Assembly (NCBI RefSeq): GCF_009914755.1
Contig: NC_060927.1
Reading direction: 5' to 3' (one strand)
Source of the DNA: the human T2T-CHM13v2.0 reference genome, Homo sapiens
DNA: 64,000 nt
Shown here: positions 43,578 through 57,094 of the stretch, one piece after another
How the letters are laid out: each line of letters opens with the position of its first letter
How positions within the stretch are numbered: position 1 is the first letter of the stretch
Translations under genes and position numbers: made by a program
The notes under the pieces: generated by a model
Seen by the model: only the letters and a program-made list of their open reading frames with translations
Databases searched by the model: none
Told to the model about the DNA's origin: nothing

Positions 43578-43595
43578 TTCCCTGTCAGGGAACCA
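43578..43595 (-). other. Primer binding site, tRNA-Glu
   Basis: TGGTTCCCTGACAGGGAA, 17/18 complementary to the recalled tRNA-Glu 3' end, 5 nt after the 5' LTR. Confidence 0.9.
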
Positions 43596-43600
43596 AGAAA

Positions 43601-44062
43601 TGTAGCAGGATGAGCTGCAGACAAAACTCCTCAGACACCGAGTTGAAGGAAGGGGTTTATTCGGCTGGGGGCATCAGCAAGACTCCTGTCTCAAGAGCCG
43701 AGCTCCCCAAGTGAGCAATTCCTGTCCCTTTTAAGGGCTCACAACTCTAAGGGGGTGTGCGTGAGAGGGTCGTGATCGATTGAGCAAGCGGGGGTATGTG
43801 ACTGGGGGCTGCATGCACTGATAATTAGATAGATCGTAACAAAACAGGATAGGGATTTTCACAGTGCTTTTCTATACAATGTCTGTACTTTATAGATAAC
43901 ATAACCAATTAGATCAGGGGTCGGTCTTTAACTACCAGGCCTAAGGTGTGGCGCTGGGCTGTCTGCTTGTGGATTTCATTTCTGCCTTTTAGTTTTTACT
44001 TTTTCTTTCTTTGGAGGCAGAAATTGGGCATAAGACAATATGAAGGGTGGTCTCCTCCCTTA
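43601..44062 (-). repeat. 5' LTR (LTR2/LTR2B-like), potential promoter
   Basis: Direct repeat of 36576-37041. Minus strand carries TTAAAAG (TATA-like) and AATAAA. Confidence 0.93.
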
Positions 44063-44339
44063 CTCCTTGTGTGGCTGGGTTTAAATCCTGGTGGGACAAA
44101 TGAATGTCTGGTAATGACAGCATGACCAGGTGCTGTACATGAGATATATAGACAATGTGCTCTAAAAGGCTAGAAGAAGGAATTCTTTCTAGTCATCTTT
44201 GGCAAAGGGAAGGAGGAGGTGATTGCTTACATTTAAAAGGATTTCTTAGGAGGATAATGGAACCAGGTGTTCCTCATGACTTCATTTTATGCATTCTTTT
44301 CATCTCTACATAGCCTTCTTATCCACTCCAATATTTCAT

Positions 44340-45140
44340 TTTAGAGTGTGGGAGTCAGGTGTTCTCTGGGTTTGAATTTTACTTCATTATTTTATATCCT
44401 TGTGAAATTAACAGGCTACTTAACCTCTCCATGTCTCAGTTTCTTCCTCTTCAAAATGAGAGAAATAATAGTACCTACTTCATAGAACTGTTGAGAAATT
44501 TAAATGAGATATTCATATAAAGCGTTCAGAATATTGCCTTTCAAAGAATAAGTATGCAATGAAATTGAGGTATTATTAGCATTATTGTTTGGTAACTTCC
44601 CAATTTCTTATAATAATAGACTTGGAAGTCACCAGAACATAATGTGGGAGCACATGTTCTAATGTTCTAGTGACTTCCAAATCTATGATTGTAACAATTT
44701 CAGCTGATATTATTAAGAGAAAGTCTTGTGCAGTGGTTAAGTATGCAGACTCGAGCCAGACTGCATGGGTTCAAATCTGTTACTTCCTGCCTTTGCAAGC
44801 TGCTTACCTTTTCTGCATTTGTTCCCTCATCTGGAAAATGGAAACAATAATAGTATCTATGATATAGGGTTGTTATAAAGTGGGTAAATATATATAAAGT
44901 GTTCAGAGGAGTGTCTGGCACATAGGAGGTGCTACTTTTTTTTTTTAGTTACTTATTTTTATTGAGATAGGCTAAGAGCTTCATATGTGTTATCTTAGGA
45001 ATCCTGAGCTATCTTTACACTATAGAAGTATAATAGTAATCCTTACTGTACAGATTAAGAGACTGAGGCATGGAGAGTTTAAGTAGTTACTAAAAGCACA
45101 TACCTAGGAAGTGGGAGAACTAGGACTCGGAGCCAGATAT
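44340..45140. mobile_element. Cluster of three MIR fragments (+, +, -)
   Basis: MIR core CTTAACCTCTCCATGTCTCAGTTTC (44420), CTCATCTGGAAAATGG (44826), and antisense ACAGATTAAGAGACTGAGGCA (45050). Confidence 0.75.
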
Positions 45141-45500
45141 TTGTGAATATCTCTTGCTTCCACTTTCCTGACTGCCAAACACACACATCCAACTGTCCAG
45201 AGAGCACCTCCTACAGGTTCTTTCATGGATACTTTATATTCAACATTTCCAAAACTGATATCATCGTATCCCCTTCTGAATCTGCTCCCTCCCAGGGCTC
45301 ACTATCTTTGTAAATGGGGTGCTACACGCTGTAGCTGCCCAAGCTAGAGAACTGGGGGTTGTGCTCGATTATTCCTCTTCATCCTCACCTACTCAATCTA
45401 CCACAATACCTGTTCCTTCTAACTCCTAAGGGTCTCATATCTGTCCATTTCACTACACTTTCACTGCTACCACCCTAGTCCAAGTCACCATCATTTAGAG
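45140..45500 (+). mobile_element. L2 fragment
   Basis: ATCCAACTGTCC...TCAACATTTCCAAAACTGA...CACTGCTACCACCCTAGTCCAAG. Confidence 0.7.
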
Positions 45501-46621
45501 TAACTCAATTATCCTCCAAGTGAGTTATATAATTGCTTAATGAGGCACAGAATATTATTTGCACCTGGATTCCTTTCAAAGCACGCTCTATCTTAATTGG
45601 AAGAATGATTGAAATAGAGAACCCTCCCTCCAACACAGACCCAACACTGAAGTTGTATAACCGTTGGGAATACTAGGTAATATTGAGACTTCAGGGTGGA
45701 GGGAAAGGTTTTTGTTTTCGTTTTATGAGTATAGGGGAAAGAATTCTGTGATTAAATACCCAGTGAGGAAGAGGAGGTTAAATACCCACTTGGATAGGAG
45801 GAAAGAGAAGGGAAGAGGAGCAAGGGCAAAGAGCCAGAAAATGGTAAGAAGATGGGGGCCAGTAAAAATTCAAGGGATGGAGAGCCAACAAATATTTTTA
45901 AGAATGCTTCAGCTTAATTGTTACTATTATTTGCATTGCTATGAAATAATCATTCTTCTCCCTTATACAAATTTTCAAAATATTTTAGCAACTTTTCGAG
46001 ACTACACCTGTTTTGTGGAAACTAAAGAGTGCTATGTTTGTGTGTGGGTTAGTGCAGTATGTCACAGAGGAATCATGAGCCCAGATGGCAAAGGAGGCTA
46101 TGAGAAACAGGCCTGCGGGAATTTGCAGAAATTTTGGCGTAAAACCTTGGCCTTTTACTAGGCCATGGAATTGTTGCGGGCTCAAGGCAATTATTCCTAC
46201 ATCTCTGAAGAGACAAGGGGCCCCAAGCTGACATCTAATTTACATTTGATGATACCCCAAAGTCAATACTTTGTGTATGATGAAATGATATCCAAAAGGG
46301 GCATGTAAGTTCAGTTTCTTTTCTTTGTGAAGACATAGCCGAACAATTAGTTGTATTAATTTCAGGATTAATGACCTTTGAATAAATTAGAAACTGATTT
46401 GAAAATGGCATTCCAATGAACTAGATTTTATTCAGAGGTCTACCTCTAACTGGGTTCTAAGAGACTTGCCAATGGAAAATATTTAACTTTTCTTTGACCT
46501 CATGTTCCTCACCAGTAGAATGAGGGATTTAGATCAATCATTGTTTCCTAAACTTTGATCCATCTAACAGTAGTTGTGGGAATTTTGATTTTTCTATCCA
46601 CTTGTAAAGGATGTTCATAGA

Positions 46622-46752
46622 CAGGATGGCTATATATTCAGGTTCATCTGGTATAGTCCCAGTTTATGTTTGTTTTTGGTATAGTTATTAACAGTGTCTC
46701 ATTTTACTGTTGAAAATATCCAGATCTGGATAATAACATTTATAGTTACCTT
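46622..46752. mobile_element. MER94-like (hAT-Blackjack) MITE
   Basis: AGGATGGCTATAT...AGTCCCAGTTTATG...ATAGTTACCTT termini. Confidence 0.55.
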
Positions 46753-46893
46753 ATTAATAGGAGTTCCTTCCTTGAATAGAAAATTTTAGGTTAAATAATT
46801 TTAAACAGGTTTCTTGACTGCTAAACTTTGCAAATCCTTTATTATGCTAATGTGCCGTATGATTCTCCAAAAGAGGGGGTACGCTTTCTAGCA

Positions 46894-46996
46894 TTTTGGC
46901 TTTGGAATTCTTATTTTGCTTCTTAGGGGAATTAGTTAATGGAACTTTTGGCTTTGGAATTCTGTTTTGCTTCTTAGGGGAATTAGTTAATGGAAC
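46894..46996. repeat. Tandem duplication, 52+51 bp
   Basis: TTTTGGCTTTGGAATTCT..TTTTGCTTCTTAGGGGAATTAGTTAATGGAAC occurs twice. Confidence 0.95.
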
Positions 46997-47511
46997 TTCT
47001 TTCAGAAAGAGTACGAAATCATCTGAATTCAGCAAATACTTATGAAAGTACTATGTGCCAAGCCCTGAAAGAGGCAATGAAAAGATACAGTGGCAATCCA
47101 ATCTGCCACAAAATCACTTATAATCTGATCCATAAGTGAGGTGAATGGCAGTGGGGATTGACAGTACATAAAGAGTTGCAACTCAAGGTCACATTCTAGC
47201 TTTCATATTGTGCTATGATACTATGTAATTAGAGTCCAAGATAAGGCACAGTAAGTCCAAAGCCCAAATGAGTAGTATAATTTGTTAGCACTAGGTCAAG
47301 CAAAGTTTTCTTAGACTCAATACTGAATGAAAATGCTTGATAAATCTTCCAGAATATTCATACAATGGCCCACAGAACCAATATTTTCATGACTATGCAA
47401 GACCATCTTATTTTAAAATTTAGTCTTAACAGTTCCCAAGAGGAGATGACTGGTAATGTTATTTCTAAAAAGATATTAAAAATATTACTTTGCTATAGGT
47501 GGAGATTGTGA

Positions 47512-47822
<311 letters not shown>

Positions 47823-48084
47823 GGATTAATTTTCTAGTAGAATTGTTTTGGTTAACAATGATAGCACTTAATGATACATAATTTTTTTTACATATTAGTT
47901 TATTTCTTATAACAACCAGATTGTATTAATATTTCCCCATTTACAAAAGAAGAAACTGAAACCTAGAGATGCTGAGTAATTTATCAAAGTTTTAATTGCT
48001 GATTAATCTCAGAACTAAGTTTTAAACTCAGTTTTTCTTCAGAGCGTTCATCCTTCTTTGCCACTAAACACAAATGTCATCAGA

Positions 48085-48262
48085 CATATGAGAGGGCTGA
48101 TTGTGAACATATCTTCCCCCCTCACAGCTTAGTGATCTCACATTAATACCCTGAAATCAGTCATGGGTACTTACACCATGGAAATTAGTAGAGTCTACAA
48201 ATTAGAGCTCCTGTCACCACCCCCCAGGGCTGATTGTGAAACAGTTACCAGCACATCACTGG
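48085..48262 (+). mobile_element. MER63-like fossil
   Basis: GCTGATTGTGAA twice, TTACACCATGGAAATT, terminal CCAGCACATCACTG. Confidence 0.6.
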
Positions 48263-48834
48263 CTGTATACACATTTGGAAAGCTGTTTGACTGAGTATTG
48301 GAGGTATTCACTTGGGGAATTGTTGGTACTGTTTATGTGTTTTATTAATATCTTTATCAGATGAAGATCCCTTTTGGCTTGAATTGGAAGAGGAGATACA
48401 AATGAGAATTCTCATGATTATTAAATTATTGGATCTGGGAGTTTTTCAGAAAATTTAGTACTTCAGGCATTTTTTAAAAGAACCTTTGGGTAGGGTTATT
48501 TTCTAACCACAATTCTGCTCATGCTTCTTAATTTCCAAAACCCATTATTTGCATGTTTGTGATGACAATTATTACACTTTGAATTCATGTTCTAGTTATT
48601 TATGTATGCATATTTCCTTCCTGTTAGACTACAAGATCCATGATAGAATCCGTGCTATTCAGTACTACAACCCCAGAGAGTGTCTGGCACAGTGCTTTTT
48701 CAGTGATTGAGTTCAATGTTGATTAAATGAATAACTTTTTTTTTTCTGTTTCAGACACTATGTGATGATTTAGATAGAATAGTGAAGAAAATAATTTAAT
48801 AAAACACATAATATTCTGAATCATAAAGATTTTC

Positions 48835-49002
48835 TTAGAACAGACCATCCAGTGTATCAATCTACTGAAATCATGGATCCATTTATGATGTTAACTATTC
48901 TACACTTGAAGATGTAATTTAGAACAGACCATCCAGTGTATCAATCTACTGAAATCATGGATCCATTTATGATGTTAACTATTCTACACTTGAAGATGTA
49001 AT
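48835..49002. repeat. Perfect 84-bp tandem duplication
   Basis: 48835-48918 is identical to 48919-49002, with TTA microhomology at the junctions. Confidence 0.97.
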
Positions 49003-49404
49003 TTATTTATTTTTTCTTGCTATAAGTACACCTGAAAGACTGACTTCTTGAGGGAGAGGGTACTTTTAAAACCTGTACTAAAGTTAAGTACCTATTAGTT
49101 TGTATTTGTACTGTTAGCTGGAGACATATCTTTTTGGCTGTTTTCTACTATTAACATGGACTTTATTAGCATTTAGTAAACCATTGTTTTTTTTCCCCAA
49201 ATAGCCCTTTTAGTTTCAGGTTACAGATTCTATTTTGTCAGTTTTTTATGTTTTGATGATTTAGAGTTATTCAATTATTTTACATTAAAATTATTTTATT
49301 AAAATTTTTTTCCTTAAATACATTAGGGATATTGTTTATAATAGATATGCTTTAGAATTGGTGAAGGGACAGATTTAATCTTTTCCCCTTGCCAATAACC
49401 CATC

Positions 49405-49560
49405 TGCTTGCTACTCAGCTGTAGACCAACCATCATCAGTGTAACCTGAGAATTTGATAGAAATGTAGTGTCTTGGGCCCCAGCCCAGACCTACTGCATC
49501 AGAATCTGCATTTAAAAAAATATCCCCAGAAGATTTGTATGCACATTAATGTTTGAGACA
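49405..49560. mobile_element. MER5-family MITE
   Basis: GGGCCCCAGCCCAGACCTACTGCATCAGAATCTGCATTT...GTTTGAGA. Confidence 0.75.
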
Positions 49561-50300
49561 AGCCAATCAATTGAGTCTTTTTCTGAAATTCACCCTGCTG
49601 CAAAAGCAGCTGACTGTAATGTATTCTTCAATGCAGACCACAATTTGAAATTCTGATTTATTTGATGGCTTAATGTTTATTGACTGCACCTGGTGTGCTA
49701 GGTACTGCAAGGAAAATACAAACCAACCAGTCATTGTTCTGCACTTACTTTACTCTAAAATAAGAAGATACAGACAATTTGCTATTTTTTCATTCCTTTG
49801 TACTTTAAAAACATATGCAGATACATTGAAAGAAGAGAAGAGTTGAGTAGGAGAGACGGTCTGGTTAAAATCCCACTCAAGAAGGATGTAGCTCATTGTT
49901 AAAATAAGCGTAGATGAGGGATGTTTCACATACAGATAGAAATGGAATGAATTTTGCCAATTGTCTAGTTGTTTGGTCTCGGGAAAGCACATCTGTATGG
50001 CTGAATTTTGTGTAGACAAAATATCTGGACAATTGCTTGCATTTTCCACTTCCCCTCCAGATGTTTAGCATTGTGTTGATGTAGCTCAAGCTCATTGCTC
50101 TCAGACATTCATGAATTTTTAGTAGAAAAAGTTCAAAAGCATTGATTTCATGTGGACATTCCATTCCTCACGAAAATTATAGTGTTTAAAACTAATATTT
50201 GGTCAAGTTTTTCCACCTTGAGTTAAATTACCATTTATATAGTGAATTTAGAAGACATTCTTAGTCACTGTCATTAGGATGTGATGAAATAAAAAGGATT

Positions 50301-50845
50301 TTGAAAGTGTTCAGAATATGCCACCCCCAAATATGCCCCCAAATATGCCATTTTGGCATAAGGATTATTTTAGACTGAAGTCAATTGAGAATCAACAAAT
50401 GCAGGAAGAGGTCTCTGTTCCCCTTCCTTAGCTACGACCCAAAAGGCACAAGTTTCCCTTTGTGAAGGTGCTCCCTACCTCCTAAACCAGGAAGAAAGGA
50501 GCAACTGTTATTACCGGAGACAGAGTTTGCATGGAGATGAGTCTGCACTAAGAAACCTTACTAAAATAACCCCTATCTTCCATTAGTTTCTCCTATATAT
50601 TTTCCGGTTACTTTCTCTCAACTTGTTCCTTGAAGCCCAAGCCTCTTTCCATTGTTGAAATGGCATGTAAGTCCCCAAGTCTAACTGCTTCTTTGAGTTT
50701 CACTTCTTGTCTACGAACTCCCATGCTTGTAAAATGGTAATAAATCTATACAGTTTTCTCCTGTGAATCAGTCTTTTGTCAGTTAAATTTGCAGAGTCTC
50801 GGATATTGAAACTGAGGGTAGAGGAAAACTTTTTCTTCTTCCACA
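50301..50845 (+). mobile_element. MER34-like ERV1 solo LTR
   Basis: CAGAATATGCCACCCC...TTGGCATAAGGATTATTTT; AATAAA at ~50739; terminal CTTCCACA. Confidence 0.7.
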
Positions 50846-51745
50846 GTTTGTACTCTGCTAGTACTTCCTTTAAAAAAATTTAATAACTCATTTGAAAAGA
50901 GGAAAGGAAGAAATAGAGAAGGAAGGAAGGAAAGATAAAAAGAGAGATATGAAGCATGTTGAAAGTCTAAAGCATCAATAGAGATGGAATGAGAGTTTTT
51001 TGGAATTAGCTGTTTATTCATCTGTTTCATCTAATCGTTACTCAAACTGTCAATGACTACAGGCCTACTATATGCAGAGATTATTATTGTCACACTCAAA
51101 GCCTGCAGTGAGGTCAGCTGTTGGATCAATAACAACTCTCCTCCCTCAGATAACGAATCTAAATGAGAATTGCCACTGTTAATCAGGTATCTTGAAATCC
51201 TTGAACCAGGGCACAGTGATAAATGATTGCTGACTATTGTTCTCCTTTTAACCTCAGTGGACTTTGCTCACCCATATTTTTAATTAACTAATTTAGTTCA
51301 GGACATTTAAAATGCTCAAATCCTTTCAAAATTCTCCTGAGGGAAGTTATTCCTGGAGTAGACATCAGGACAAATGCCCTTCCTTTCTTTGTAGAGATAT
51401 ATTTAGCACATTTTTATTTTTTCTCAGAGGAACACATTTCCAAGGAAGACTTTGGTTTCACATTTCACTTAGCACTTAGTTCTTTACCTCACAGAATGAC
51501 AACATTTTAAAATTCAGCAAAAATATACAATGTGCTTTATGGAGTATTAAACAAAAGTCAAAGCTTTGGAAAATTACAACCTTCAGTGCAAAAGGATATA
51601 TCTTCTGCTTTTTTGAAAGTCAATTAGTAACGAAAAATCTTTTAGAAAAAATGCTGAGTTAAACTGAGATTATGAACAAGTCTTAAAAGTCTTAACAATT
51701 AAAAGATATTCTGAATGTTAAGAAGACTAAGATTTTAGCAGTTAC

Positions 51746-52042
<297 letters not shown>

Positions 52043-52289
52043 AGCAGTTATGAAAATTATTTATTTTTACATTTTTTTGTGTGTTCCTTGTCCTTTAACA
52101 AGTTTTAAACAAAAAATTTAAAACAAGTTAGCATCTTCTCTACAACATTGAGAACATCTCATGATCTTATTGCTGTCAAGTAATTTTGTAAGGCTAGGAT
52201 TGATTTTATAGTTAACAGAGGTAAAGGGCATTCATCTGCATTTTCACTTTCTAATGCATCTCTCTCATATTTAGAGAATGAGACTGTGA

Positions 52290-52628
<339 letters not shown>

Positions 52629-52899
52629 TATTTTGTCTTCTTAACTTGATTGGTAAATTAGCAAATGTAGTTAAAACACTATGTGGAATGTGGGGGGGAA
52701 AAAAGAACAGTCACAGCCTCTCACTGAAAACTTCTGGGTATCGATTCCCGCCTTCCATCTCTAGAAACCTTCCTGTTCATATGAGGTCTGAAAAAACATT
52801 TTCATCCCTTTTGGTTAACTAAAAGTAGGATATTTTTGTTGTTACCATTTATAGCATGTATGAACTGCCATTTCTAAAAAAAAAAAAAGCACTCCAAAG

Positions 52900-53359
52900 T
52901 GTAGTATAAAATAACAACTGTGGAATTCAGACAGAATTCTACAGAAAAGGTTTATCTCTACTGCATGAAGTCTGGGGCTTCAACTGGGGAGACTCAAAGG
53001 GCTGGTCTGTGGCTCAAATGAATGGGGGCTTGAATTATTTGGCAACCTCTTTGCTCACATGTCTGGCATGTCGGCCAGGATGGTGCAAAGGCTGGGCTCA
53101 GCTGGAGCTGCTGATAAGAATGCATACACATTGCTTTTCCATGTGGACTGGGCTTCTCATTCTCATAGTGTAATGGCTGGGTTCTGAAAGGAAGAAGCCC
53201 AAGACAGGGCACCAGGAGAGTGAGAGCTCTTAGAGAGACAGGTGAAGCTGCATGAGTTTTTGTGACCCAGCCTTGGAAATCACAGAATGTTACTTCTATT
53301 CTATTCCATTGATTAAAACAAGTATAGGCCTGCCCACATTCAAGGGAAGATGATACAGG
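52900..53359 (-). mobile_element. MLT1 MaLR LTR, split by the MER57A-like provirus (resumes at ~61349-61412)
   Basis: GCTCACATGTCTGGC...TCCATGTGGACTGGGCTTCTC...CAGCCTTGGAAATCACA, continuing as CTCACCTCTTTATAGGAG after the provirus. Confidence 0.75.
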
Positions 53360-53789
53360 TATTAAAGCAAACTAAATATGTCCTGAGAAGGACTCCGTAC
53401 TTCTGTATTTGAGTCCTTGTGGATGAATTGTAACCTAGCTTAATAGTCAGACAAAATTGAAAACCTATCTTAACAGTATGCACCTGTAACAATGGCTGAG
53501 TGTTGGCCAATCCCAGCGGCCATACTTCAACCACTCATGGACTGTTGAATGTTCAAACTGCATTCAAATATGGTTACACCTCAGGTTTCCTATCTCACTG
53601 TTTCTGTACCTCATTTCTGATTCCTGTACGTCACTTTACCTTTTTTGTCTATGAATTTGTTCTTACCACGAGGTACTCCTGCAGTCTCTGTGAATCAGCT
53701 GTCATTCTGGGGACTGCCTGATTCGAGAATCGTTTGTTGCTCAATTAAACTCCTTTAAATTTAATGCAGCTGACGTTTTTCTTGTATCA
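53360..53789 (+). repeat. 5' LTR (MER57A-like)
   Basis: TTAAAGCAAACTAAATATGTCCTGAGAAGGACTCC...GCTCAATTAAACTCCTTTAAATTTAAT...ATCA. Confidence 0.9.
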
Positions 53790-53791
53790 GA

Positions 53792-53809
53792 TGGTGTCAG
53801 AAGCAGGAT
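53792..53809 (+). other. Primer binding site, tRNA-Leu
   Basis: TGGTGTCAGAAGCAGGAT versus the recalled TGGTGTCAGAAGTGGGAT (16/18), 2 nt after the LTR. Confidence 0.8.
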
Positions 53810-56229
53810 CCCAAGCAGAGCTTCTAGTGACCTCCAGGAGCGCTGAGTGAACACTCGAGGTACCAGCACTCGAGGACCCACTTGTGTCCATGGATCTCTC
53901 AGAGCGGCTCCGGATGGTGGGTAAGCTCACTCTCAGATTTTGGAGCTCCATGGATTTGCGTTTTGAGCTCTCTGAGTTTCTTTGAGCAAATTTCTAATCC
54001 AAACTGGGTTTGGAGTCACGAAACAAACTGGACTGGGTCCAGGAACAGATTTGATCTGGGAATTAACTGGTTTGGATCCAGGTAGAGGCCTCTTACATCT
54101 GACTGGGTCAGAAAGGAACTAGTAGTAAGCAGTAATATTGCACTGGTTATAATTTTGGCTTTTGAAAATTCACAGGGATTTTTGTGTTCTACTGCTTTGT
54201 TTCATTTTTCTTGTGTGCTTAGGTAGATACAAAATTATTGGCTAAGTTAATCAAGAGAACCTGAGAGTAAAGCCAATATTTTAGGTAAGAATGGGATCCT
54301 TAATTTCTGGAAAACTGAGTTCCTTTTGGTTCATACATTAGGCCTTGGAGGCAGCGAAGTCTTATAGAAATGGCAAAACCTTACTAAAGATTTAACTTAC
54401 AGTGGCACGTTCTGAATGAACAGCAATGCATTGAAGTACATTTAAAAAGGAGGGTTCTTGGTAAAGTCCCTTTTGGCTAAGAACAGGTTTGGCACTACAG
54501 GATGTTAACTGCTATTCCTTTTGGAATAATCTGCCTTGCACTCTTTGCTGATGGCTGTGGGTGACATGATTCGGCATGTACAGGATTGTGGGACATGGGG
54601 AGCTTTTTCCTCCCCAAAAGGGGAATCTTGAGAGCTGATGGGATGGCTGGAAAAGATCCCTTTGCTACTGAGAAGCAGCCACCTCAACTTTTCAGTGTTG
54701 CTGCAATGGGTGGGTCTCTCTCTGGCCTCCCTGACCACTTCACCTTCCCCACCCTGCCGCAGACAGTGCTTTTCTCTCTCTCCTTTCCCTTTCCTATCTT
54801 TTCTGTTACTCAGGGCAACCATCTTGCCCAGAGACCACATGTTGAAACTCCTGGTCAGAGGTTGGATTAATGATGACGGGGCCCAACCAGGGGCAAATAT
54901 AAGCACTGCCAGTTTGATATTGGGTGCTAAGCAGAGTGGCTAATGTTTATGTTTTATTGCACATATTTTACTCTGGCCAGAACAAAAAGAGATAATTTTC
55001 CTTTATGATGTGGCTTGGCCCCAGCACGATGGTGCGGCAAGCTAGGTCACTAGGGCTGCTCAGGGAAAGGGAAGCCAGAAGCCTGGGATGCTGGCAAAAG
55101 GGTAATTTTTTACCAGTCATATTTCTGGCATCTCTCTCTTTGGGCAAATGGTTGAATGAATGGTAAAAATCACTGTTTATCTCTTCTGTAAAATTTTGAT
55201 TAATGCAAAAAAGAATTCTGAAGCTAGCCTTAAACTGTTGTATTTGTGCTATGAATTCATTTTTCTGGGTCGAGGGGTAACTTAGGGTAAAACATGGGCT
55301 TAGGACCCCATAAGCTCTCTGCTCAAGATGACCCAGCAAGCTGGTCAATAACAAACTTTCCTGTAGGTCCCTGAAACAAACAAAAAAACTGGGTGGAGTC
55401 TCCATCTTGTTTTATGTCCTTGGGAACTTGACCTTGTAACCACATGGCAGTATGTTCTCTTGGTCTCCACCTTCCAGGGAACATAGTTAGCTCTAAAAAT
55501 TATCTTGAATAGTTAAAAGGCTTTGCAAGCTCAAAATGAACTACTCTAGACTCCTTCTGGGAAGGACAGTAGAGACTGCACTGTGCTGTTGCTCAGTAGC
55601 TACGATTTTGGCCTTTCACACTGGCTGTCTGGGTTTGAGTCCCTGCTTAGGAAGTAAGTCCTTTTGGTTTAATATCTGCATAATCTTGTGTAGTCTCTTC
55701 TCCTCCATGGATTATCTTAAATTTTCCTTTCTCTTAGCACCTGGGAGGTTACCTTTGGTAAAGTTAAAAAGCCAGAAATATCGGCTGGTTGGCCTGGCTA
55801 CAATCAGGTTAATAAGAAAATTTTAAAAGGACTTTATTAAAGAGTGCTGTGGTTAAAAATCCGTGTAATTAAAAGTGGATGTTCAAGCTTTAACAGCCTG
55901 GACTCCTTGGGAATAACGGAGGCACCAGAAACCCCTTTTCTGGCTCTGTTCTTCCAAGGTCTCCACCCTAAAGCCAATAACCAATTAAGTAACTTAAAAA
56001 CTGGCAAATGAAAAATCTTATGACTACTGTAGTAATCTTCTGTCTGCCTATGTAATTGTATATGTGTTGTGTGTAATGTTTATATAAAAGAGCTCTAACT
56101 AATTGGCTTAAACAAAAATAAGCATTTAAATCAAATATTTTGAAAGCAAAATAAAAACTGTAATGCCTTTTAGTTCATGTAAATTTAGTAATCTTTGGGA
56201 AATAAAAATAGCTTTAAAGATTATTGATA

Positions 56230-56572
<343 letters not shown>

Positions 56573-56703
56573 CTAAATTATGCAGGTTAGATACTAGGTT
56601 TGCTAAATGCTTTAAGGTCATAAACTACTTTGACTTTTGAAAATCATTCAATTTGTTTTGGAGACATTAAATTCTAAATAAGGCCTGGGGATATATGGAG
56701 TTA

Positions 56704-57094
<391 letters not shown>

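Larger units (their letters stand above)
36576..44062 (-). mobile_element. Complete ERV1 provirus: LTR2-family LTRs with Harlequin-type (HERV-E mosaic) interior
   Basis: Two direct LTRs, 4-bp TSD CTCC (36572-36575, 44063-44066), tRNA-Glu PBS, PPT, and env/pol remnants on the minus strand. Confidence 0.93.

Noticed and set aside
43759-43763. GCGTG in the 5' LTR as a hypoxia or xenobiotic response element
   Set aside because: A 5-bp match alone is uninformative.
45664-46161. 165-aa ORF, the longest outside the recognised repeats
   Set aside because: It starts at TTG, has a purine-rich low-complexity part, and shows no recognisable domain or exon boundaries.
48750-48830. GTGATGA...CTGA resembling a C/D box snoRNA, also an acceptor-like poly-T CAG followed by AATAAA
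   Set aside because: There is no terminal stem, the interior is A-rich with no recognisable rRNA guide, and both patterns are easily produced by chance.
49750-50164. Two overlapping ~95-99 aa minus-strand ORFs in non-repeat DNA
   Set aside because: I recognise no family. A BLASTX search or conservation data would be needed.
54505-55826. ORFs of 94-145 aa in the MER57A-like leader as possible gag
   Set aside because: They lack recognisable matrix/capsid or zinc-knuckle motifs and occur on both strands.
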